Source: an uncultured Clostridia bacterium
GTDB taxonomy: Bacteria > Bacillota > Clostridia > TANB77 > UBA1234
DNA length: 64,000 nucleotides
NCBI GenBank assembly: GCA_947164995.1
Contig: CAMUYU010000002.1
Location: forward strand, 3,909 to 67,908
Reading direction: 5' to 3'
The notes under the pieces are model-generated. The model was not told the DNA's origin. It did not search any database and saw only the letters and a program-made list of their open reading frames with translations. The position numbers and the translations under genes were made by a program. Positions 45,528 through 54,743 of the stretch are shown piece by piece. Numbering within the stretch: position 1 is the first letter of the stretch; the number at the start of each line of letters is the position of its first letter.

Positions 45528-48352
45528 ATGATTTGAATGATATCGAAAAAAAAGCATATAGGGTATTAAAGACATTACTATATGAAGAAAAAAAATCGCT
45601 TGAAAGCATAGAAGAGAGTGTAAATATTATTAAGTGCATGAAACCATTTTCTGATTATGAAAATATAGAAGAAATATGCGATAAAATAAAAAGCGCATAT
45701 ATTGCTAATATAGGTATCACGAATCCTTCAGCTGAGTTTTTGTTAAAAAATGACGAAAATGAAAATTGGATGGATGGCAGAGATGTTGAAGAATGCAATT
45801 TTGAAAGATACATAGATTATCTACGTAATGAAGATTTCCCAGAAGAATCAATAGAAAAAATAATCCATTCAACAAAAGAAATATTAAGCAAGTGTGCAGA
45901 TCCAGAAGGTAAGAATGTTAATAATTTGAAGAAAAAGGGTTTGGTAATGGGAGATGTTCAATCAGGAAAAACAGCTAATTATACCGCTTTGATTAATCTT
46001 GCTACAGACTATGGATATAAAGTTGTAGTTTTACTTGCTGGCATGACTAACTCGTTAAGAGCTCAAACTCAAGAAAGAATAGACGAAGGTTTTATAGGAG
46101 CTGAAAGTTCATCTATAGGAAATGCTAAAATTGTGTTTGTCGGTATTGGAAAAGATGAACAAAAATACTATGCTATTCCAATGACAAATGATAAGAATGA
46201 TTTTAGAAAAGATGTAAAAAAATCATTAAATAGTACAGCATCTGACTTTAACAAGCCATTAATATTAGTTGTCAAAAAGAATAAATCTGTACTAAATCAA
46301 GTAAAAGAATACTTGAAACCTGGGCAAAACGATATTACTTCTGACAATGTACTTATTATAGATGATGAATCTGACAATGCTTCTGTTAATACGAAGGATG
46401 CTAATAATCCGTCCATTATCAATTCATTAATTAGAGATTTGTTTAACAATTTTAATATTGCAACATATATAGGTTATACAGCTACCCCTTTTGCAAATAT
46501 ATTTATTAATCCATACGATGATGAGTATAATAGGGATTTGTTTCCTTCTGATTTCATAGTACAATTACATGCTCCATCAAATTATTTTGGAGCTAGTAAG
46601 GTTTTTTCAGTTGACGAAAATGGTGAATATAAGCATATTTGTAAGCTAGACCCAATGGAAAAGTATTTTTTGCTAAATACACATAAAAATGGTGATTCTA
46701 TTTTTAAAGAATTGCCAAATAGCTTAAAAAAAGCAATAAATGATTTTGTTTTAACAAATGTTATAAGAACATTGAGAGGAAAAGAGCTTGTTCATAGGAC
46801 AATGATGATAAACATATCTATGTATAATGATATACAAAGACAGATAGAAGATAAAGTAAATGGATATGTAGATTATTTAAAAAATACAATCGAACAGACG
46901 TATTGTTTAGCTTTTAAAGATTTTATTAAAGATCCTGAAATGCAAAACCTGTATAATTCTTTTTCAAATGACAGTTTTTATGCCAATGCACGAACTGAGT
47001 TTTCTTGGGATCAAATTCAAAAGAAACTAAATTCGGAAATAAAACAATTTGTTGTTACTACTATAAATAATGATAACAAAAAGAATCGTTTTAATTATGA
47101 TGATTACAAAGATAGTGGTGCGAGAGTTATTGCAATTGGGGGATATGTATTATCGAGAGGATTAACGCTTCATGGGTTAATGATTAGTTATTATAATAGG
47201 AGTTCTTCAATGTATGATACTATTCTTCAAATGTGTAGATGGTTTGGATATAGAAATGGTTATGAAGATTTATGCAGAATATATATGACACAAGAAAGCA
47301 TCGATAATTTCGGTGACGTAATTGATGCCATTGAGGATTTAAAAAACCAATTTAGACAAATGAAAATACAAGGAAAGAAACCAGAGGATTTTGGTCTTAT
47401 GGTTAAACAATCTCCGAAAAGATTAAATACACAACTATTTATTTCTTCTGCAATTGAAAGGTTTCAAAAAATGAATATTACATCGCAGAATAAGATGAAA
47501 AATACAGAAGATAAAATAATAAGGTTTGATTATGGATGCTCTATAGCTGATACATCAAAATTGTATTTGTCAGAAGATGCCAATAACAATAATTGGAATG
47601 CTTTTTATGATATGGTTAACGAACTAAAACAAAAAGAAATGTTTTTCTCTTTTTATCAACTTAAAAATCATAAAGAACGTTTCATGATTCAAAGAGTTCC
47701 TAAGAATTATATAGCGACTTTTGTTTCAAAGTTAAAGATACCTGAAGCAAATATGACTTTTGATATTGAATTAATTACCGATTATATTAAAGATTCAAAA
47801 GGAATGCCAGAGTGGGACGTAGTTGTGGCAACGGGTGATGAAAAGGTCGATGGATTATTGAATGAGAGCTGGCTTTTTGAAGAAAAAAGTTTTCCATTAA
47901 ATGTACGTAGTTTTGAAATAACTCCACCCCATGAGAATATCATAAGGATATCTGGGAGTAATAATAGACTTGCAAACCCTGGAATATTTGTAAGTGGTTT
48001 AACGATTGAACAAGAAATCGAAACAGACAAAAATTTTGAGAAAAGAATTAGCGAAAATCCTGAAAAAAGCTCAAAAAAAACAAAAACTGCCTCTGATTAC
48101 CTTAATATATCTAGAAGACCTCTTTTAGTTATTCACCCCGTTTATTTAAGAAAAACTGGAGAAAAAAGCGAATATGAACAAAAAGCAATTTCTGTTTTCA
48201 ATAATTCATCAAGACCACTATTGGGTGTTGCACTAGGATTTCCGAAAAATGATACAGGAGAAACTGTTGTTTATACATTAAATAGAATTAAAATCGATGA
48301 AATATCTAAGAGTATTGTAAATGAGGAAGGTTATGATCCAAATGAAGATTGA
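45524..48352 (+). CDS. Z1-domain P-loop NTPase (942 aa)
   Basis: Walker A is GDVQSGKTANYT and Walker B LIIDDESDNAS. The C-terminal part reads GYVLSRGLTLHGLMISYY...DTILQMCRWFGYRNGYEDLCRIY, the Z1 signature as I recall it. An ATGA overlap couples it to the upstream gene. Confidence 0.75.
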   Translation: MNDLNDIEKKAYRVLKTLLYEEKKSLESIEESVNIIKCMKPFSDYENIEEICDKIKSAYIANIGITNPSAEFLLKNDENENWMDGRDVEECNFERYIDYLRNEDFPEESIEKIIHSTKEILSKCADPEGKNVNNLKKKGLVMGDVQSGKTANYTALINLATDYGYKVVVLLAGMTNSLRAQTQERIDEGFIGAESSSIGNAKIVFVGIGKDEQKYYAIPMTNDKNDFRKDVKKSLNSTASDFNKPLILVVKKNKSVLNQVKEYLKPGQNDITSDNVLIIDDESDNASVNTKDANNPSIINSLIRDLFNNFNIATYIGYTATPFANIFINPYDDEYNRDLFPSDFIVQLHAPSNYFGASKVFSVDENGEYKHICKLDPMEKYFLLNTHKNGDSIFKELPNSLKKAINDFVLTNVIRTLRGKELVHRTMMINISMYNDIQRQIEDKVNGYVDYLKNTIEQTYCLAFKDFIKDPEMQNLYNSFSNDSFYANARTEFSWDQIQKKLNSEIKQFVVTTINNDNKKNRFNYDDYKDSGARVIAIGGYVLSRGLTLHGLMISYYNRSSSMYDTILQMCRWFGYRNGYEDLCRIYMTQESIDNFGDVIDAIEDLKNQFRQMKIQGKKPEDFGLMVKQSPKRLNTQLFISSAIERFQKMNITSQNKMKNTEDKIIRFDYGCSIADTSKLYLSEDANNNNWNAFYDMVNELKQKEMFFSFYQLKNHKERFMIQRVPKNYIATFVSKLKIPEANMTFDIELITDYIKDSKGMPEWDVVVATGDEKVDGLLNESWLFEEKSFPLNVRSFEITPPHENIIRISGSNNRLANPGIFVSGLTIEQEIETDKNFEKRISENPEKSSKKTKTASDYLNISRRPLLVIHPVYLRKTGEKSEYEQKAISVFNNSSRPLLGVALGFPKNDTGETVVYTLNRIKIDEISKSIVNEEGYDPNED

Positions 48353-49277
48353 TTTTAGAGATTTATTTGAAAATATTGGTAGTAATACAGATATTTTAAA
48401 AGCAATTGATAATGATAAGAATATAATGGTTTTGTATGGCTTATCAGAATTAAACAAAAAAAGATTAATTTTTGTTGTTGATAATGAAGTCGCAAATATT
48501 AATTCTACAAAAGTAATAAATGTTTGTATTTATAAGATTAAAGGCAAATGGTGGATTTGTTTTGATTTAGAAGAGAATAATTTTTCAAATTTGTTTTATA
48601 ACTTTTGTCAAGATATGTATGAATATGCTATTTCAGACTCATATAATAATCTTATGCTAAGAGTTATTGAAAGATTTGGAAAGTGGAAAGAAATGTTTCA
48701 AAAAGTTTCGAATAGTGAAATTTCAGAAGAAAAAGAACAAGGAATTTTTGGCGAATTGTATTTCTTGTATTCTTTTATGTTTAATAAGTATGGAATAGAG
48801 AAATCTATTTTGTCATGGGGAGGACCTGACAACAATAGTAAAGATTTTTCTAATGATAATACTTGGTATGAAATTAAAACGTCAGGCGCTTTATCAAAAG
48901 AAATTACAATCAGTTCTCTAGAACAACTCGATTCAGATGTGGATGGATTTTTGGTTAATATTAATGTGGAAAAAATGTCTAATGAGTTTTCTAACGGAAA
49001 GTCATCTGTACCAGAATTATTCCATTTGATTAAGGAACGAATTAAAGATGAGAATGTTAAAATTATTTTTTTAAGTAAAATTGTTGAATTGAATGTTGAT
49101 ACAGAATTATCTATTAACACACGCAAATATGATGTTAAATATATTAAAAACTATTTGGTTAACGATAGTTTTCCTAAATTAACAAAGAAAAACATTAATC
49201 ATTTAGAAATAACGGATGTCTCATATAAAATAGATATTCCTAGTTTAAAAAGATTTGAGGTAGATATGAATGTTTAG
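48342..49277 (+). CDS. PD-(D/E)xK-like protein (DUF4420-like)
   Basis: GGPDNNSKDF...WYEIKTS fits a D...E-x-K nuclease core. It overlaps both neighbours. The start could instead be 48321 or 48333. Confidence 0.55.
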   Translation: MKIDFRDLFENIGSNTDILKAIDNDKNIMVLYGLSELNKKRLIFVVDNEVANINSTKVINVCIYKIKGKWWICFDLEENNFSNLFYNFCQDMYEYAISDSYNNLMLRVIERFGKWKEMFQKVSNSEISEEKEQGIFGELYFLYSFMFNKYGIEKSILSWGGPDNNSKDFSNDNTWYEIKTSGALSKEITISSLEQLDSDVDGFLVNINVEKMSNEFSNGKSSVPELFHLIKERIKDENVKIIFLSKIVELNVDTELSINTRKYDVKYIKNYLVNDSFPKLTKKNINHLEITDVSYKIDIPSLKRFEVDMNV

Positions 49278-51357
49278 TTTGGAAGAGTATAGAAGTGGCT
49301 TTATAAATGATATAAAAATTGCTGCTTTACAGCAAGAGGACTATCCTCAAGAGGTATTTATCGACGAAATGACAGACTCATTAATTGAAGATTTTGCTTT
49401 AATTAATGGACTAGAGAAATGCTATTTTCCTTTTAACAAAGGAAATAGAGCTTTCAAAAATATGCAAATAGATGCTGGGTATTTGGATTTATCGATAAAC
49501 ACATTAGACCTTCTTATTTCTGATTTTAATCCTGATGAAATGGTTAGTATAACTAATGAATATATGAATATGAAAGCTCAATTAATGATTAATTTTTTTG
49601 AAAATGTTTTAAAAGGCTTTTTCTCAAAAGCTGAAGAAAGTAATCCTGCAGTTCAGTTGGCTTATGATATAAAAAAGAATCTTGCTTCTATATATAAAAT
49701 TCATTTAATTATTATTTCTACAAATTTATTAAGTAAGCGAATAAAGACTATTGAGTTCCCAGATTATTCTTTTAACAATACTCAATTCAAAGTTGAGCTA
49801 GATGTTATAGATATTCAGATGATATATAATTCAAAATTAAGTAGCTTCAAAAAAGAACCGGTTGTTATTAATACGGATGATTTTGGATTAAAGGGAATAC
49901 AATGCATTAAAGCTGATATTGGCACGAAAGACTATGAAGCTTATTTGGCTATTGTACCTGGAAGTTTTTTGTGTGACATATACAAAAAATATGGTGCTAG
50001 ATTGCTGGAGTCAAACGTAAGATCTTTTCTAAATGCAAAGGGAGCTGTTAACAAGGGAATAAGGGCAACTATTCTTAACGATAAGCAAAACTTTTTTACA
50101 TATAATAATGGTATTTCAACAATTGCTAAAAAAATCATTACTAAGAATATTTCTAATGAAGGACTATTTATTACTAGTTTTGAAGATTTTCAAATAATTA
50201 ATGGTGGACAAACTACAGCATCTCTTGCATCGGCAAATATTAAAGATAAAGCTTCGTTAGATAATATTTTTGTTCAGATGAAATTGACTGTAATTGAAAA
50301 AGACGATGCAGAATTTATTCATAATATTTCAAAATATGCCAATAGCCAAAATAAGGTAACTGCAGCCGATTTAAACTCTAATCATCCTTTTTATATAAAA
50401 ATGGAAGAGTTTTCTAGGAAGATATATACTTCTCCAGTAAATAATCAACCTTATCAAACTAGATGGTTTTTTGAACGAGCTAGAGGACAATATGACCAGC
50501 CAAAAATGAGTATGTCAAAATCGGATAGAGATAAATATACACGACAAAATCCAAAAAATCAAAAGTTTTCAAAAACTGATTTGGCTAAGTATTTAAATTC
50601 CGCAGAAATGAAACCTTATTCCGTATCTAAAGGTGCTCAATTATGTCTCGTAGATTTTCATGCTGAAATGGCTGAAAAATGGGAAAAGGACAAGTTGTTT
50701 TATAATGAACTATTCTTTAAAGAATTAGTTGCTAAAGCGATTATTTTTAAAGCTATAGAAAAAATAATATCTAATCAAGAATGGTATATTGAAAATAAAG
50801 CTTATAGAGCTCAATTAGTTCCATATACTTTTTCAAAACTGATTTATGAAATTAAAAATAATGATATGGAATTAGATTATAAAAATATTTGGGATAGACA
50901 AGAATTACCAAATTTCCTTGTTTCTGATATAGAAAAAATAGCTAAATTGTGTTTTGATGTTTTTAATGATCCTAATAGAACTTTTAGCAACATTGGAGAA
51001 TATTGTAAAAGGAAAGATTGCTGGAATAGCGTTAAGGATAAGATATATACTTTAAGCGAAACCTTAGTTAAGAATTTAATTTCAAAAGAAGAAGGTAAGA
51101 CTAGGATAACTAGTGCAAAGAAAGAAGAACGTTTGAATAAATCTATATATAATGAAGTTGAAATATTTCAATTAACAGATGATTATTGGAAAAAGATTAA
51201 ACGTATTGGCATGGAGCAGGGACATCTCAATGCGAAAGAAATTGATTTTATAGATCTTGCTATAAGATATTGTAGTGGATTAGAGACGATAACTCCTAAA
51301 CAAGTTGAAGCTATAATGAGGATTAAAGAAAAATTTGATGAACTGGGTATAAAATAG
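49270..51357 (+). CDS. AIPR (abortive-infection phage resistance)-family protein
   Basis: It has SNVRSFLNAKGAVNKGIRATI...FFTYNNGISTIA...IINGGQTTASL. It overlaps the upstream gene by 8 nt. Confidence 0.7.
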   Translation: MFSLEEYRSGFINDIKIAALQQEDYPQEVFIDEMTDSLIEDFALINGLEKCYFPFNKGNRAFKNMQIDAGYLDLSINTLDLLISDFNPDEMVSITNEYMNMKAQLMINFFENVLKGFFSKAEESNPAVQLAYDIKKNLASIYKIHLIIISTNLLSKRIKTIEFPDYSFNNTQFKVELDVIDIQMIYNSKLSSFKKEPVVINTDDFGLKGIQCIKADIGTKDYEAYLAIVPGSFLCDIYKKYGARLLESNVRSFLNAKGAVNKGIRATILNDKQNFFTYNNGISTIAKKIITKNISNEGLFITSFEDFQIINGGQTTASLASANIKDKASLDNIFVQMKLTVIEKDDAEFIHNISKYANSQNKVTAADLNSNHPFYIKMEEFSRKIYTSPVNNQPYQTRWFFERARGQYDQPKMSMSKSDRDKYTRQNPKNQKFSKTDLAKYLNSAEMKPYSVSKGAQLCLVDFHAEMAEKWEKDKLFYNELFFKELVAKAIIFKAIEKIISNQEWYIENKAYRAQLVPYTFSKLIYEIKNNDMELDYKNIWDRQELPNFLVSDIEKIAKLCFDVFNDPNRTFSNIGEYCKRKDCWNSVKDKIYTLSETLVKNLISKEEGKTRITSAKKEERLNKSIYNEVEIFQLTDDYWKKIKRIGMEQGHLNAKEIDFIDLAIRYCSGLETITPKQVEAIMRIKEKFDELGIK

Positions 51358-51405
51358 TGTAATAATGTTTTATTAGAAAGAAATTACAAATAATAAAGGG
51401 TTAAG

Positions 51406-51457
51406 AGTCTAGTTATAAAGGTGAGTTGATATAATGGCCTTGATAACTAGACTTTTT
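51406..51457 (+). terminator. Hairpin plus T-run ending the cassette operon
   Basis: The stem is AGTCTAGTTAT/ATAACTAGACT (11 bp) with a 26-nt loop, followed by TTTTG. The loop is large, so confidence is moderate. Confidence 0.5.
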
Positions 51458-51497
51458 GTGTGATAGAATACCCAAGTAACAGAGGGAAGGTATAAAA

Positions 51498-51815
51498 ATG
51501 AATGAATTAATGCTCAAAATTAAACAATTCAACGAAGAACGTGACTGGGATCAATTCCATTCACCAGAGAATTTAGCTAAGTCTATTTCAATAGAAGCGG
51601 GTGAATTATTGGAATGTTTTCAATGGAATGGAGAAAACTATAATAAAGAAGAAGTTTGTGAAGAATTAGCAGATGTATTTAATTATTGTTTTTTAATGGC
51701 AGATAAACTTGGTGTTGATCCTAAAGAAATTGTTCTAAAAAAATTAGAAAAGACACGACAAAAATATCCAGTTGAAAAGTCTAAAGGGGTTAGCACGAAG
51801 TACGATAAACTATAA
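51498..51815 (+). CDS. MazG-like nucleotide pyrophosphohydrolase (small all-alpha NTP-PPase)
   Basis: It has F..ERDWDQFHSPENLAKSISIEAGELLECFQW...EELADVFNYCF, the ExxE...ExxD pattern. Confidence 0.8.
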   Translation: MNELMLKIKQFNEERDWDQFHSPENLAKSISIEAGELLECFQWNGENYNKEEVCEELADVFNYCFLMADKLGVDPKEIVLKKLEKTRQKYPVEKSKGVSTKYDKL

Positions 51816-51831
51816 ACAATAGGGGATAATT

Positions 51832-53799
51832 ATGATAATATATGAAAATGTTAAAAGTGGATTTATTGCTGATTGGGCTAATAATGTATTAATCGATAAA
51901 ATAAAATCAGGATTAAAAAGAAACCATATAGGTGGTGGAGGTTATAGCGAACAGCATTCATGGGAAAACTCATTACCACGTGTAAAGAATATTATAAAGG
52001 ATTCTGGAATTCCAAATGATGCTGGAATTGCAATTGAATATAAATTGCCAACAACAAGTTGTAGAATAGATTTTATGATTTCTGGTTATAATGAAGAAGG
52101 AAGAGGAGTTATAATCGTTATTGAATTAAAACAATGGAGTAAAGTAGATAGAGTTGAAAATAGCTTTATGGTTCGTGCTTTAGTAAGTCAAAATCATGTA
52201 GAGGAAAAAGCACATCCCTCAAGACAAGCTTTGAACTATGTAGGGTATTTAGCCAATATGGTTGAACCTGCTGTTGAAGATAAAATAAGATTGTTTCCCT
52301 GTTCATATTTGCATAATTATTCTTTAAAGGAAAATGATCCGTTAATAGATTCAAAATTTAATACACTATTTCAAAAATCACCTGTATTTACTATGGATAC
52401 TGAAGATAAATTAACAGATTTTATTAAAAAATATATTAAAAAAGGCGATAGAGAAAAAGTAATATTTGACCTTGATAATGGTAATATTGTTCCATCAGCG
52501 AGATTGATAGATGACTTGTCTCAAATGGTAGAAGGGAAGAAACAATTCTATTTGTTAGACTCTCAAGAAGAAGTGTTTGAAAAAGCAATGGATATGGTAC
52601 ATGACGCTATTCGAAGCGGTGAAAAACATGTTTTAATAGTTAAAGGTGGTCCAGGAACAGGGAAGTCTGTAATTGCTATACAACTGTTAGTAAATTTAAT
52701 AAAAGAGAAAATAATAGCTAATTACACAACTCCAAATAGTGCACCACGTAATGTTTATTTTGAAATGCTAAAGAATAATGATGATCAAGAATATGTTAAC
52801 AACTTGTTGGCTCCATCATATAATTATATGGATTCGAAGACTAATGATATTCCTGTTGTTATTGTAGATGAAGCACATCGTTTAAAAATGAAAGCATTCG
52901 TTAGGGGTGCAACGAGGGGAAACAATCAAATAAACGAAATAATTAATGCAGCGCTATGTTCTATTTTCTTTATTGATGAGGATCAAAGGGTTACTGATAA
53001 TGATATTGGATCCATCGAAGAAATAAAAAGATGTTGCGAGTTAAATAATGTTAAAGCTCAATATATAGATGAAAAAGAATTAATAAGTCAGTTTAGATGC
53101 AAAGGTTCGGATGGATATTTAGCTTGGCTTGATGATGTACTTGAAATTAGAGAAACAAATAATAAGATGCTAGATACAAAAGAGTACGATTTTAGGATAA
53201 TTGATGACCCTGATGAACTAGATAGATTAATTGTTGAACGAAATATCGATAATAAAGCAAGGCTTGTTGCCGGTTATTATAAAGAATGGGTTTCAAAGAA
53301 AGATAAAACTAAATTCGATTTTGAACTTTCAAGTACTTTTAGAAAGAAATGGAATTTAGATGGACAAACTAAACCATTTGCAATTAGAGAAAGTTCTATT
53401 AATGAAATTGGATGTATTCATACTTGTCAAGGTTTGGAATTTGACTATGTTGGAGTTATATTAGGTGATGATATAAGATACGAAAATGGAAAAATTGTTT
53501 CAGATATAACCAAGAATGCCAAATCAGATCGCACTGCTATGGTTCATACAAAAGCTTTATATAAAAAAGAACCTGAAAAGGCTAAAAAGATAGCAGATGA
53601 AATAATTAAGAATACTTATAAAGTATTAATGACTAGAGGCTTATCAGGTTGCTATGTTTATTGTGAAGATAAAGCTTTGTCAGAGTATTTAAAAAGTAGA
53701 ATTATTTCTCATGATCCAGCTGATAATGCTTTTGCATACGAAGATAAACCAATTGAGTTACCAAAAGTTGCTGAAGATAATGATGAATATAAAGTTTAG
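51832..53799 (+). CDS. DUF2075-like P-loop ATPase/helicase-related protein with an N-terminal PD-(D/E)xK-like module
   Basis: The N-terminal part reads CRIDFMISG...VIIVIELKQW. Walker A is GGPGTGKSV and Walker B VIVDEAHRL. The C-terminal part reads IHTCQGLEFDYVGVILGDD. Confidence 0.75.
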   Translation: MIIYENVKSGFIADWANNVLIDKIKSGLKRNHIGGGGYSEQHSWENSLPRVKNIIKDSGIPNDAGIAIEYKLPTTSCRIDFMISGYNEEGRGVIIVIELKQWSKVDRVENSFMVRALVSQNHVEEKAHPSRQALNYVGYLANMVEPAVEDKIRLFPCSYLHNYSLKENDPLIDSKFNTLFQKSPVFTMDTEDKLTDFIKKYIKKGDREKVIFDLDNGNIVPSARLIDDLSQMVEGKKQFYLLDSQEEVFEKAMDMVHDAIRSGEKHVLIVKGGPGTGKSVIAIQLLVNLIKEKIIANYTTPNSAPRNVYFEMLKNNDDQEYVNNLLAPSYNYMDSKTNDIPVVIVDEAHRLKMKAFVRGATRGNNQINEIINAALCSIFFIDEDQRVTDNDIGSIEEIKRCCELNNVKAQYIDEKELISQFRCKGSDGYLAWLDDVLEIRETNNKMLDTKEYDFRIIDDPDELDRLIVERNIDNKARLVAGYYKEWVSKKDKTKFDFELSSTFRKKWNLDGQTKPFAIRESSINEIGCIHTCQGLEFDYVGVILGDDIRYENGKIVSDITKNAKSDRTAMVHTKALYKKEPEKAKKIADEIIKNTYKVLMTRGLSGCYVYCEDKALSEYLKSRIISHDPADNAFAYEDKPIELPKVAEDNDEYKV

Positions 53800-53820
53800 C
53801 TTTTAGAAAGGAGCCCCTCC

Positions 53821-54174
53821 ATGTCCACATTATTTATCTGTTACCCTAAATGTACTACTTGTCAAAAAGCAAGAGCATGGCTTGTTAGCCACAAGATTAG
53901 ATTTGAAGAACGAAATATAGTAGAAGAAAATCCATCAAAACAAGAACTTAAAAAATGGATTAAAGAATCAAATCTAGATATTAAAAGATGGTTTAATACT
54001 AGTGGTTTAAAATACAAAGAATTAAATTTAAAAGATAAACTTCCATCAATGTCTTTTGAAGATAAACTAGAATTATTATCTACTGATGGTATGCTTGTTA
54101 AACGTCCAATTATTATTACATCAAAAGGTATTACCACAGGTTTTAAAGAAGACGAATGGAAAAACCTATTTTAA
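53821..54174 (+). CDS. ArsC/Spx-family thioredoxin-fold protein (YffB-like)
   Basis: It has FICYPKCTTCQKARAWL and a C-terminal LVKRPII. Confidence 0.75.
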   Translation: MSTLFICYPKCTTCQKARAWLVSHKIRFEERNIVEENPSKQELKKWIKESNLDIKRWFNTSGLKYKELNLKDKLPSMSFEDKLELLSTDGMLVKRPIIITSKGITTGFKEDEWKNLF

Positions 54175-54195
54175 AAAAGAAGGAGATTTTTTATC

Positions 54196-54618
54196 ATGGA
54201 ATATAGAAGATTTGATAACACTATTATTATGAGAATAGATAAAGGTGAAGAGATTCTCGAAAAAATTAAAGAATTAGCACTTAAAGAAAAGATTTTATTA
54301 GCAAGTGTAAGTGCTTTGGGTGCTACAAATGATTTTACAGTTGGTGTTTTTAAAGTTGATGAAAAGAAATATTATTCAAATGAATTTAAAGGCAATTTTG
54401 AAATTGTTTCTCTTACTGGTACTATTAATACTATGAATGGTGAATTTTATACTCACATTCATATGAGTGCTGGTAATGATAAAGGCGAAGTTTTTGGTGG
54501 TCATTTAAATAGAGCTATTATTAGTGCAACTTGTGAAATGATTATCAATATTATTGATGGAAAAGTTGATAGATATTTTGATGAAGATATTGGCTTAAAT
54601 TTATTTAAGTTTAATTAA
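54196..54618 (+). CDS. PPC (DUF296) domain protein
   Basis: It has IMRIDKGEEILEKI...SALGA...EIVSLTG......HIH....D.....GGHL. Confidence 0.65.
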   Translation: MEYRRFDNTIIMRIDKGEEILEKIKELALKEKILLASVSALGATNDFTVGVFKVDEKKYYSNEFKGNFEIVSLTGTINTMNGEFYTHIHMSAGNDKGEVFGGHLNRAIISATCEMIINIIDGKVDRYFDEDIGLNLFKFN

Positions 54619-54743
54619 TAAATAAGGCTTATATAATAGAAGTTTAAGGCGTACAAATCCGACAAGTAAGGTTGTTACTTTCTTGCTTAATTAGTGTTAG
54701 AAGTGCAGATAAATTTTCAAAATAATTTTTAGGAGGTTTTTTT

